Origin: an uncultured bacterium
GTDB taxonomy: Bacteria > Planctomycetota > UBA1135 > GCA-002686595
Assembly (NCBI GenBank): GCA_943787795.1
Contig: CALSNU010000007.1
Location: 113,046-177,045, forward strand
DNA: 64,000 bases
Reading direction: 5' to 3'
Position numbers and translations under genes: made by a program. Positions 9,567 through 18,453 of the stretch are shown one piece after another; the stretch's first letter is position 1; each line of letters begins with the position of its first letter. The notes beneath the pieces were generated by a model. It was not told where the DNA came from and did not search any database. It saw only the letters and a list, made by a program, of their open reading frames with translations.

Positions 9567-9575
9567 TCTTCAGCC

Positions 9576-9941
9576 GTGAAGGACATCCGCGCCTGGTCAC
9601 TCGCTCTGGCCGTCTCCTGGTTCCTCCTGGGCCTTGGGGCTGGGCTAGCGGTTTCCCGACAGACTCCGAGCCCGAGCCCTCTGGCCGGATACGCTGATGC
9701 GCTCTCAGAGGAGTTCGAACTCTCAGGACGCCGCCGCCGCGTCCTGAATCAACTGCTCGACGAATACGACAGCCGCCAGCGGGAGATCCGCGACCGGCAT
9801 CAGGTCGCCACGCTCGACGCGATGGAACCCGAGTTTCGGGCCCTCTGCGCCGAGTTCGACGACAAGATCCGAAACCGAATACTCCCCCCCGCCGCCCGCG
9901 CCCGCTACGACGCCCTCGCCCGTCCGCTGGCGGCTCGCTGA
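9576..9941 (+). CDS. Small membrane-anchored periplasmic helical protein (Spy/CpxP/heavy-metal-sensor-like)
   Basis: N-terminal TM FLLGLGAGL, helical LSEEFELS..IRNRILPP..RARYD pattern; third gene of the ECF module. Confidence 0.6.
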   Translation: MKDIRAWSLALAVSWFLLGLGAGLAVSRQTPSPSPLAGYADALSEEFELSGRRRRVLNQLLDEYDSRQREIRDRHQVATLDAMEPEFRALCAEFDDKIRNRILPPAARARYDALARPLAAR

Positions 9942-9966
9942 CCGCACGCCCCACCAAATCAACTGA

Positions 9967-11733
9967 ATGGCACGCTCTTGCGGAATCCGAATCGGTCCCC
10001 GAAGGTTCGAACTCGTCGTCCTGGACGGGAGTCCTAAGCGTCACAAGATCTCCGCGTACTACGCGGGTGAGTTCACCGCGGAGGAGACCACGGCATACCT
10101 GGCTGGGGACGTCTCCAAGGTGGCTGAAGTGCTGAAGGACGCGGCCGCTTCCCACCGCGTTCCCAAGGAGAACGTGTCGTTGGTCCTCCCGGCGGATCAC
10201 GCCGCGTACCGCCGGATCACCCTCCCCTTCGCTGACCGCGGGAAGATCGACCAGGTCATCAAGTTCGAGGTCGAGAACGAGCTGCCGCAGTTCGACATCG
10301 ATGACGTCGTCGTGGACTACCACGTGATGTCGGAGAACGACCAGGGGGCAGAGCTCCTCGTCTCCGCCGTCCCCAAGGACTGCGTCAGCCGCGCGATCCA
10401 GGCGATGGAGAAGGCGGGCCTCGAGCCGCTCGAGGCCGAGCTTGAGAGCTCGGCCATGGTCAACTCCGCGCTGGCCGCCGATATCAGCCACATTGACGAT
10501 GCCCAGCTCTTGGTCCACGTGGGCGAGCACTCGACGTGCGTCGCTGTCGTGGCCGGCGCCGAGCTGCGTGAGATGCGCGTGATCCACATCGGCGCCATGT
10601 CCCACCTCGGCGCGGAGCTGTCCGCGGCCTCCGCCGCGGCAGAGGAGTCGGGCAGCGATGCCGATGAGGGGGCCGCGGCGGATCAAGCAGCGGCCGAGGA
10701 GACGGCGGTGGACGCCCTCGATCCCATCGAAATGAACCGGCGGATCGACCAGGCGATCAGGCGCATTCGTCGCGAGATTGGACGCACGATCTCGGCCGCC
10801 CGGACGGCGCAGCCGATCGACGCCATCTACGCCTGTGGCATGGAACTCCCGGGGCTCATCGGGAGCACCGTGCTCGACGTCCCGGTCTATGTCCTCGATT
10901 GCTTCGAGGAGGATTCCGGGCAGCCGTCCGAGGGCTCCGGTCAGCTCGTGGCAGCCTACGGCGGCGCCTTCCGGCAGCTGGGCGGTGGTGTGATGGCGCC
11001 CTCTCTTCGGAGGGAGGAGCTGAGCTACTCCGGCGCCTGGGAGCGCCTCGAGTTCCCCATCGCGTTCGCCGCGCTGATGCTCACCACGTTCCTCGGGATG
11101 GTGAACATCGTCCAGATCCGGAAGATCGACGCCCTCAACTACACGGGCATCCTCCAGTACCTCCGGAACGTCAACGCCTTCATCGTCGGCAGCGAGGCCT
11201 CGCGCGGCCCGGCCATCCTGAACCCAGTCCCCAAGGATCTCGTCGTGAGGGCGAGGGCCTACGAGGGCAACGTGGAGTTCGGGGGCGATGTCCAGGAGCC
11301 CCTGGACGAGCTCGAGACGATCGAGCGGATGATCAACAAGAAGGTGCTCGACCTCAAACGCGAGGTCGGGGACATCCAGGAGGTTCCGCTGCCTCCGTCG
11401 GCGTTCACGGCCATGACCTGTGTCCTCGGCGTGTTGAACGGCAATGACGACTGGCGCCCTTCACTCCGCGCGCTCAAGGCGGACTACGTGAAGAAGAACA
11501 AGGACCTGCCCGAGCACACGAAGATCCGCCTGAGCGCGTCGTTCTTCGCCGATAGCGTTGCGGAGGCCAGCGATGACATCACGGCCTTCGATTCGGCGCT
11601 CCGAGAGCAGCCCTGGTGCCTTGAGGTCGAGCCGGCAACGCTGACCCCGACGGAGGGGGACCTTGGACTCAACTTCCGAGCGAAGGTTATCCTGGTGGAT
11701 CCTTCGAAGCTCTTCTCATCCCGCGCCGACTGA
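9967..11733 (+). CDS. PilM/GspL-like actin-fold cytoplasmic domain + TM + PilN-like periplasmic domain
   Basis: GIRIG start, RITLPF..KIDQVIKFEVENELPQFDIDDVVVDY, LLVSAVPK, LLVHVGEHST, single TM near aa 365. Confidence 0.8.
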   Translation: MARSCGIRIGPRRFELVVLDGSPKRHKISAYYAGEFTAEETTAYLAGDVSKVAEVLKDAAASHRVPKENVSLVLPADHAAYRRITLPFADRGKIDQVIKFEVENELPQFDIDDVVVDYHVMSENDQGAELLVSAVPKDCVSRAIQAMEKAGLEPLEAELESSAMVNSALAADISHIDDAQLLVHVGEHSTCVAVVAGAELREMRVIHIGAMSHLGAELSAASAAAEESGSDADEGAAADQAAAEETAVDALDPIEMNRRIDQAIRRIRREIGRTISAARTAQPIDAIYACGMELPGLIGSTVLDVPVYVLDCFEEDSGQPSEGSGQLVAAYGGAFRQLGGGVMAPSLRREELSYSGAWERLEFPIAFAALMLTTFLGMVNIVQIRKIDALNYTGILQYLRNVNAFIVGSEASRGPAILNPVPKDLVVRARAYEGNVEFGGDVQEPLDELETIERMINKKVLDLKREVGDIQEVPLPPSAFTAMTCVLGVLNGNDDWRPSLRALKADYVKKNKDLPEHTKIRLSASFFADSVAEASDDITAFDSALREQPWCLEVEPATLTPTEGDLGLNFRAKVILVDPSKLFSSRAD

Positions 11734-11761
11734 CGTCCCCCAGGAGAACAGGTAACAACCC

Positions 11762-12298
11762 ATGATTCGCATCATGATCGGCCTGCTGCTCGCAGGCTCA
11801 GCGTTCCTCGGCTGGCAAGCCACACAGCAGCGTGAGACCATCGCTCGGTATGAGGCTGCCGTGGCAGAAGGAGGAGCCGCGGAGAAGCTCGCCCAACGGA
11901 TCCTGCGGAGCGCCTTCAGCTACACCCAGTACAAGGAACGCAGCGCCAAGGAAGGCGTCAAGGGCGATGGAGCTGACCAGGTCAACTCCTACATCTTCGC
12001 CATCGCGGCCAACCCCAAGGTGCTGTGGGGCAACCCGAAGATTGAGAAGCCCAGGGACTCGAGCCCGCTCCCGGGCTACACAGACCTCACCTACAAGATC
12101 ACGCCGGCGGAGAAGGACGCCTGGTTCGACCGAGCGAGGATCGCCAACTTCTTCTATCTGCTCGAGTCGAGGAGCCGGAAGCTCCGGATCACGAGCATCG
12201 ACCTGCGGACCGCCGATAAGAAGGTCAAGCCACACGAGGTGCCCGAGGACCGGTGGGCGGTGGACCTCTCGGTGACCATGCGCGAGCGGTCCAAGTAG
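11762..12298 (+). CDS. GspM/PilO-like inner-membrane platform protein
   Basis: N-terminal TM; C-terminal IANFFYLLES..LRITSIDL..WAVDLSV pattern; follows the GspL-like gene. Confidence 0.6.
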   Translation: MIRIMIGLLLAGSAFLGWQATQQRETIARYEAAVAEGGAAEKLAQRILRSAFSYTQYKERSAKEGVKGDGADQVNSYIFAIAANPKVLWGNPKIEKPRDSSPLPGYTDLTYKITPAEKDAWFDRARIANFFYLLESRSRKLRITSIDLRTADKKVKPHEVPEDRWAVDLSVTMRERSK

Positions 12299-12309
12299 GA
12301 CGAGGACCC

Positions 12310-13845
12310 GTGGCGCTCAGCACTGCCTCGACCCTCGGTGGGTCCGGCCGCTCTCGTGCCCCTCGGCGCCACGCCGGCAGATCGAGATCTGTGGCGGCAG
12401 GTCATTCGAGCTGGCCCTCCAAGCTCGCCGTGGCTTGCTGGCTGGTGACGTCTGGATGCGGCGGCTCCGCGCCGCAGGGTGTGGCCTCCGGCGGCACGGA
12501 CTCGGAGGAGGGTCTGGAGAGGATCGCTCTCGCGGGTGGAGAGGTTCCGGAAGGGCTCCTCCGCGAGCGACCTAACCTCCTCGTGATCACCATCGACACG
12601 CTCCGCGCAGACCACCTCGGTGCGTACGGCTACATGCGGCCGACGAGCCCGCAGCTGGACGAACTGGCCGCGGAGTCGGTGCTCTTCGAGCGCGCCTTGG
12701 CCCCCGTGGCCACGACGCTTCCCAGCCACACGACGATGTTCACCGGGGTCTCTCCCCACGAGCACGGGGTGCTCGCCAACATCGCCGACGGCAAGACCTA
12801 CAGGCGGCGCCCCGACCTGCAGACCCTCGCGGAGCTCTTCTCGGAGAGCGGCTATCGCACGGACGCCGTTGTGGCGGCGTTCCCCCTCCGTCCGGAGTTC
12901 GGGCTCGACGCCGGGTTCGATGGCTACTCAGCGCCGGAGGCGAAGGCCCTTGTGGCGAAGGAGGTCACGACCGCCGCGTTGGAGGTCATGGAGCGCCAGG
13001 TGAGTCTGTCGGAGCCGGGCATGCTCTGGGTGCACTTCTTCGACCCTCACGGGCCGTACACGCCCCCGCTCAGGGTCGCGCGGGGCTTCATGATGGATGA
13101 TCCCACCCGTGCGTACCTGAGGGAGCGGCGATTCGCAGAGCGCGCGCAGCGCCCCACGGGGCAGTGGAACGAGCTAGAGAAGGGCATCGACGGCTATGAC
13201 GGTGAGGTCGCGTTCGTGGACCGCCAGGTCAAGCGCTTGCTCAGCAAGGGGACGGAGCTGGGCTGGGTGAGCGACGACTGTGTGATTGCGGTGCTAGGCG
13301 ACCACGGAGAGGGTCTCAATCAGCACGGCGCGCCGGGCCACGGCCAGCTCTGGGATGAGCAGCTCCACGTGCCCTGGATGATCCGGGCCCCGGGGGTCGC
13401 GCCGCGGCGGCTTCCCGAGCCAGTGACCCTCGCTGACTTTGCTCCGACGCTGCTGCACCTCTTCGACCTGCCGGGGAAGGAGGCGCTCCTCGAGCAGGTC
13501 ACCGGAGTGGATCGGTTCGCGCCGATGGTGGGGCACGCGGATCTGCGGATCCTCGCGCAGACGTCACCGCGGCAGTCGGTCGTGGATGGCATCGGCTACG
13601 CGATCCGCGCCGGCAGGTGGAAGCTACACCGAGGCGAGGATGGCGAGGTGCACCTCTTTGACCTCGACTCCGATCCGTTCGAGCTGGAGGACGTCTCCCA
13701 CCGCCGCCCGGAGGTCGTGGACCGCCTCTCCAATGACCTCGAGGCCGAACTTCAGCGGCAGATCTTGGGGGTGCGGACCGAGGCCGCGAGCGAGACCACG
13801 GCCGCCGAGCTGCGAGCGCTGGGCTACGGCGGCGACGACCGTTGA
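12310..13845 (+). CDS. Sulfatase/alkaline-phosphatase-superfamily hydrolase, probable lipoprotein
   Basis: PNLLVITIDTLRADHLG, TLPSHTTMFTG, HFFDPHGPY, YDGEVAFVD, GDHGE, LFDLDSDPFE, C-terminal LRALGY; lipobox-like VTSGC. Start uncertain. Confidence 0.9.
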   Translation: MALSTASTLGGSGRSRAPRRHAGRSRSVAAGHSSWPSKLAVACWLVTSGCGGSAPQGVASGGTDSEEGLERIALAGGEVPEGLLRERPNLLVITIDTLRADHLGAYGYMRPTSPQLDELAAESVLFERALAPVATTLPSHTTMFTGVSPHEHGVLANIADGKTYRRRPDLQTLAELFSESGYRTDAVVAAFPLRPEFGLDAGFDGYSAPEAKALVAKEVTTAALEVMERQVSLSEPGMLWVHFFDPHGPYTPPLRVARGFMMDDPTRAYLRERRFAERAQRPTGQWNELEKGIDGYDGEVAFVDRQVKRLLSKGTELGWVSDDCVIAVLGDHGEGLNQHGAPGHGQLWDEQLHVPWMIRAPGVAPRRLPEPVTLADFAPTLLHLFDLPGKEALLEQVTGVDRFAPMVGHADLRILAQTSPRQSVVDGIGYAIRAGRWKLHRGEDGEVHLFDLDSDPFELEDVSHRRPEVVDRLSNDLEAELQRQILGVRTEAASETTAAELRALGYGGDDR

Positions 13846-13849
13846 CCGT

Positions 13850-14866
13850 TCAGGCAACAGCTGCGCCGATGAGTCGGTAGAGCAAGCGAGCGCCGATGAT
13901 GGCGTCCCAGGAGGACCCGCCCGGGTCACCTCTGGGCCCGGGGCTCACCTCATTCAGGTCGAGGCCGACCACCCGCCGGTCGCTGGCCGCGAGCTCTTCC
14001 AGCCAGATCATGGCCTCGTCCCACCCGAGCCCGCCCGGGACTGGGGTCCCTGTGTTCGGGCAGAGCGCGGGGTCGAGGCCGTCCACGTCGAAGCTCACGA
14101 AGACGTGTTCCGGCAGGGAGGCGACGGCCTCCCGGGCCAGGGCCCGGGTGCCACTGCCGTGTCGGGCGGCGGCAAGCTCGTGACCGAAGTGCGTCCTGAC
14201 GCGTGGGTCGCCCTGAATGACGTCGTGTTCCTGCTCGCACAGATCCCTGACGCCCACCTGGAGCAGGCGGGAGATCCCGGCAGGACCGTGCAGGGCGTTG
14301 TGCATCACGGATGCGTGGGACCACTGGAAGCCTTCGTAGGAGGGGCGCAGGTCAGCGTGGGCGTCGAACTGGAGGACGGCCATGCCGGGGAAGCGGACAC
14401 CGCAGGCCTCCATTGCGCCCAGCGGCGTCGAGTGATCCCCGCCCAGGATGACCGGGAGCCCACCGTGCTCCAAGCAGCGCTCGGTGAAGGCGCGGACCTC
14501 GCCGCGGACAGCGTCGCACAGGAAATCCACCCGAGCGACCGCCGGAGCGTCGCTCGCCGTCGCGCCGCCTCGCTCGATGATCGGTGCCGCGAGCTCACGG
14601 GCCTCCAGGTTCCAGTCAGTGACCCGCGCGGCCAGGGGAGCCATCCAGATCCCGCGCTCGTAGGGCTTGTCGAAGTGAAGGTCAAAGAGATCGACCTGAC
14701 GGCTGGCGGCGAGGATGGCCTCGGGGGCGTGGCAGGTGCCCGCGCGGTAGGAGGTGGTCGCCTCGAAGGGCACGCCGAGCACGTGGACGTGCGCCTCCGC
14801 CGATCTGTGGGGCAGGCCGAAGAGGCCGCTATCGGCAGGCGAGGCGGCGTTGGCGTCGAAGTCCAT
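13850..14866 (-). CDS. speB: Agmatinase / ureohydrolase family protein
   Basis: GVPFEATTSY, LGGDHS, FDAHADLR, SFDVDGLDP, TGTPVPGGL. Confidence 0.85.
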   Translation of the reverse strand: MDFDANAASPADSGLFGLPHRSAEAHVHVLGVPFEATTSYRAGTCHAPEAILAASRQVDLFDLHFDKPYERGIWMAPLAARVTDWNLEARELAAPIIERGGATASDAPAVARVDFLCDAVRGEVRAFTERCLEHGGLPVILGGDHSTPLGAMEACGVRFPGMAVLQFDAHADLRPSYEGFQWSHASVMHNALHGPAGISRLLQVGVRDLCEQEHDVIQGDPRVRTHFGHELAAARHGSGTRALAREAVASLPEHVFVSFDVDGLDPALCPNTGTPVPGGLGWDEAMIWLEELAASDRRVVGLDLNEVSPGPRGDPGGSSWDAIIGARLLYRLIGAAVA

Positions 14867-15029
14867 GGCACGATTCTGACGGATTTGGCGGAGAAACGCC
14901 CGTGCGGGGGCTTCCTGAGGGCGGAGCCTCCCGAAGAGATCAGTGGGGCGGTGTGAATACAGCGAACCGGCTCGAGTACCTCTCTTCGTGAAACCGGCAC
15001 CCACCGGCTCCCAATGACCCTGTGAACCC

Positions 15030-16256
15030 ATGAGCACCGAGAACAACGAGGACGGCTGGCCCCCGTCCGGAAAGGCCCGCCGCCCCTCCGGCGGGGACAG
15101 CTTCGAGACCCCTTGGAGCAAGATGAAGTCCCGTCGAGGTGGCGGTGGCGGGGACTCCGGTCCCCCGACCGTGGTCAAGGTGATCGTGGGGGTCACGGTG
15201 GCCCTGGTCGTTGGGGTCGTCGGTCTCGGAGTCACAGGTCGCCTCGGCGTCACCAGCGTCGAGGCCAACGAGGTCGCTGTACGGGTCAACTACCTCACCG
15301 GCGTGGAGACCGTCATCACCACGCCGGGCTACCAGTTCTTCATCCCCTTCCTCGCGGACATCTACAAGTTCGATGGGACGACGCAGGAGTACGTGATGGC
15401 TGGCAACAGCTACCGCGGGACCAACGTGGCGCCCAACCTCACCGTGCGGGCGAAGGACGGCTCCAACTTCTGGTTCGACGAGCTGAAGATCCAGTACGAG
15501 CTGATCCCGGGCGCCGCCACCGAGGTCCTGCGGGACTCCGGGCTCGGGGACAACTACAAGGAGGAGTGGATCAAGGCCTACGCGCGCTCGATCCTGCGGG
15601 ACGAGTTCGGCCTCTACAGCGCCGTTGACGCCGCGGACCCCACGACCTACAAGGCCGCTCCCGAGCAGGCTCGTCAGCGCATGAACACGATCCTCGAGCC
15701 CCACGGCGTGAGCGTGGTGCGGATCATCACTCCGAACCCTCAGTTCGACGACCGCTACGAGAACGCGATCGAGCAGCGCAAGGAGGCCGACCAGGAGGTC
15801 GAGGAGCTGCGCGCGAGGGTCCAGCAGCTCGAGCAGGAGCGCGAGCAGCGCCTCGCGGCGGTCCGCAAGGACAAGGAGGTCGAGATGCAGGAGCTGACCG
15901 GCAACCTGCGCAAGGAGCTGCTCGCCGCCGAGCAGGAGGCGATCCGCCTGACCAGGAGCGCGGACGCCTACGCCACCGAGCGCACCGCTGAGGGCCAGGC
16001 CACCGAGGCCCGGTTCATCGCCGAGGCGAGCGGCCTGACCGCGAAGTACACCAAGGAGGCCGAGGGCATCGAGAGCCGCGCCAAGGCCCTGGAACAGCGC
16101 GGCGAGGTGGTCGTACGTGAGGCGCTCGTCGAGAAGCTCCTTGGCGTGAAATTCACCCTCGTGCCCTACAGCCGCGATCCAGCCCCTGAGCGGCTCGAGC
16201 ACAGCGGCTCCAGTGGCGTCCTTGAACCGGCCAAGGCCTCCGGAGGTCAACGATGA
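15030..16256 (+). CDS. SPFH/band-7 domain protein with long coiled coil (A)
   Basis: TM, PGYQFFIPF, LTVRAKDG, ARSILRDEFG, E/Q/A-rich coiled coil. Confidence 0.85.
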   Translation: MSTENNEDGWPPSGKARRPSGGDSFETPWSKMKSRRGGGGGDSGPPTVVKVIVGVTVALVVGVVGLGVTGRLGVTSVEANEVAVRVNYLTGVETVITTPGYQFFIPFLADIYKFDGTTQEYVMAGNSYRGTNVAPNLTVRAKDGSNFWFDELKIQYELIPGAATEVLRDSGLGDNYKEEWIKAYARSILRDEFGLYSAVDAADPTTYKAAPEQARQRMNTILEPHGVSVVRIITPNPQFDDRYENAIEQRKEADQEVEELRARVQQLEQEREQRLAAVRKDKEVEMQELTGNLRKELLAAEQEAIRLTRSADAYATERTAEGQATEARFIAEASGLTAKYTKEAEGIESRAKALEQRGEVVVREALVEKLLGVKFTLVPYSRDPAPERLEHSGSSGVLEPAKASGGQR

Positions 16257-17332
16257 ACCAGCTCTCCAAATTCCTCGTGGGGGCCTTCGTCCTCCTCATC
16301 CTGGCGCTGCTGGCGTCGACCACGCTCTTCGTGCGGATCCACCCCTGGGAGATCGGCGTGAAGCAGAACCTACTCGCCAAGGAGATCCTCCCCGAGGACT
16401 TCGGGACGGGCTTCGCGGTCCGGATCCCGGGCGTGCACCAGTGGCACCGGATGGACCGGAGGACGCACTTCGTGACCTTCGCTGAGAAGGACGTGAGGAC
16501 GTCACTGGGCATGAACCGGCCGGCGCTCGAGATTCGAACCAAGGACAACAACCTCGCCACCTACGACCTGTCGGTCTCCTACAAGATCATCGACGGCAGC
16601 GCGTACAAGATCGTGAGCGAGCGCCGCAAGGAGGTCTACCGCGAGCGGGTGCTCGCGACGGTCGAGGCGGTCATGCGTGAGGAGCTTGCGCAGCTCGCCT
16701 CGGAGGAGATCTTCAGCACCGAGGCTCGCCTCGCCGTGGCAGCCACCGCCCTCGATCGGCTCCGGACCGACCTGCTCGAGTTCCACTGCCTCCCGGACCA
16801 GGTCCTGATCCGCGCCGTCCGCTTTCCGGACGGCTACGAGGCCCGTCTCCAGGAGAAGCAGCTGACCTACCAGAAGCTCGAGCTGGCGGTGTCCAAGCGG
16901 GCGGTGGAAGATCAGACGGCGATCACAGACACGAGCGCTGCGGAGATCAGCGCGGCGGAGAAGGAGCTCCGTGGCGACTGGGACAAGCGTCTGCAGACGT
17001 CGATGTCCGAGAACGCCGTGGCGATCGCCTCTATCGTGGCCGAGGCCAACATCTACGACCAGCAAACCCGGGCCGAGGCGGACGCGCTCTACGAGACGTC
17101 CATCGCCAACGGCAACCTCGCCATCCAGAAGGCGGAGGCCCTGCGAAACGAGCTGCGCAACCAGGCGCTCGACACCAGGGGCGGCCGGATCTACCTCGCC
17201 CAGAAGGCGGCCGAGAACCTCGAGTTCGAGAGCGTCACCCTCAACAGCAACGACCCGCGGGTCCCCTCGATCATCGATCTCGGCGCGCTGACGCGCCTGC
17301 TGATCGGTGAGGACCCCGAAGACGACGAGTGA
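16253..17332 (+). CDS. SPFH/band-7 domain protein (B)
   Basis: TM, IHPWEIGVK, IRTKDNN..DLSVSY, VLIRAVRFP, coiled coil; ATGA overlap with the upstream paralog. Confidence 0.85.
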   Translation: MNQLSKFLVGAFVLLILALLASTTLFVRIHPWEIGVKQNLLAKEILPEDFGTGFAVRIPGVHQWHRMDRRTHFVTFAEKDVRTSLGMNRPALEIRTKDNNLATYDLSVSYKIIDGSAYKIVSERRKEVYRERVLATVEAVMREELAQLASEEIFSTEARLAVAATALDRLRTDLLEFHCLPDQVLIRAVRFPDGYEARLQEKQLTYQKLELAVSKRAVEDQTAITDTSAAEISAAEKELRGDWDKRLQTSMSENAVAIASIVAEANIYDQQTRAEADALYETSIANGNLAIQKAEALRNELRNQALDTRGGRIYLAQKAAENLEFESVTLNSNDPRVPSIIDLGALTRLLIGEDPEDDE

Positions 17333-17366
17333 CCACAGGCGCGGCCCCGCCGGGGCCGCGCCACCC

Positions 17367-17739
17367 TCAGCGGGCCGCGGCGGTGGCCTCGATCTCCACG
17401 AGGCAGCCCCCGTGGAGCGGGCCCGGTGGGCACCACGATGCGGGCGGGGCGGTGCGCCCCGAAGAACCCGGCGTAGGTCTCGTTCACCGCGCCCCACAGC
17501 TCCACGTCGCAGACGTAGATCCGCACCTGGATGATGTCCTCCAGGCGGCTCCCGGCGGCCTCCACGAGGCCCCGGACCTTGCCCAGCGCAGAGAGGGTCT
17601 GGGCCTCGATGCCCTCGGGGAAGGCGCCGTCCTCCTCGGCGGGGAGCTGGCCGGAGACGTACAGGACGCCCCCGTGCTCGACGATGGGGGAGTAATGCCC
17701 GGCGGGGGTGGGGATGTCGGGGTGCTGGATCGCTCTCAT
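17367..17739 (-). pseudogene. RidA/YjgF family protein with a +1 frameshift (possibly sequencing error)
   Basis: GHYS, LYVSGQLP, VNETYAGFF..RPAR. The family C-terminus PLHGGCLVEIEATAAAR* is in another frame after ACCGGGCCCG at about 17420; span is 373 nt = 124 codons + 1. Confidence 0.85.
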
Positions 17740-17867
17740 GGGGTGGAGGTTAGTGGTGACAGGGCCCGGGGGCGCCCGCTATGTGGGAGGGGCCTCCAGA
17801 AGTTCTGGATTCTCCCAAGGGGCCGGCTCCGCGCTCCGTTCCCCCCGCAAGACGCCCCCTCCCGCCC

Positions 17868-18449
17868 ATGAACGAGCAAGAACCCCCGACCCCCGAGCCC
17901 GGCGACGCCGAGCTCCTCGGCCGCTGGCGCGGCGGGGACCCGTCGGGCTTCGAGCTCCTCGTGAGGCGGTACGAAGGCCCGCTCCTCCGCCACGCCCGCA
18001 CCCTGCTCCGGCACGGCGGCGGCGCGGAGGACACGGTCCAGGAGGCGTTCCTGCGGCTGGCGAAGACCCCGCCGGACCTCGAGGGGCGCGAAGGCGTCCC
18101 CGGGGACCGGGAGCTCAGCGCCTGGCTGCATCGAGTCACGAGGAACCTGTGCCTGGATGTCATGCGATCAGAACAACGGAGACGCGCCCGCGAGGCGGAG
18201 CGAGCGAGCGAGGCGGACGCGGTCGAGGCGCGCGGCGTCGAGGCGCTGGATACCCGCTCCGCGGTGGAGCACTCGATCTCGAGCCTGCCGGACGACCAGC
18301 GAGAGGTGGTCAGCCTGCGGCTCCTCGAGGAGTGCAGCTACGCGGAGATCGCGTCCATCACGGGGCGCAACGTGGGCACGGTCGGCTGGCTGATCAGCGT
18401 CGGTATGAAGGCGCTCGCCCGGGACCTGAGCCCGCTCATGGAGGCCTGA
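17868..18449 (+). CDS. ECF RNA polymerase sigma factor
   Basis: AEDTVQEAFLRL, LSAWLHRVTRNLCLD, LPDDQREVV, SYAEIA..GTV. Confidence 0.92.
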   Translation: MNEQEPPTPEPGDAELLGRWRGGDPSGFELLVRRYEGPLLRHARTLLRHGGGAEDTVQEAFLRLAKTPPDLEGREGVPGDRELSAWLHRVTRNLCLDVMRSEQRRRAREAERASEADAVEARGVEALDTRSAVEHSISSLPDDQREVVSLRLLEECSYAEIASITGRNVGTVGWLISVGMKALARDLSPLMEA

Positions 18450-18453
18450 GGAG

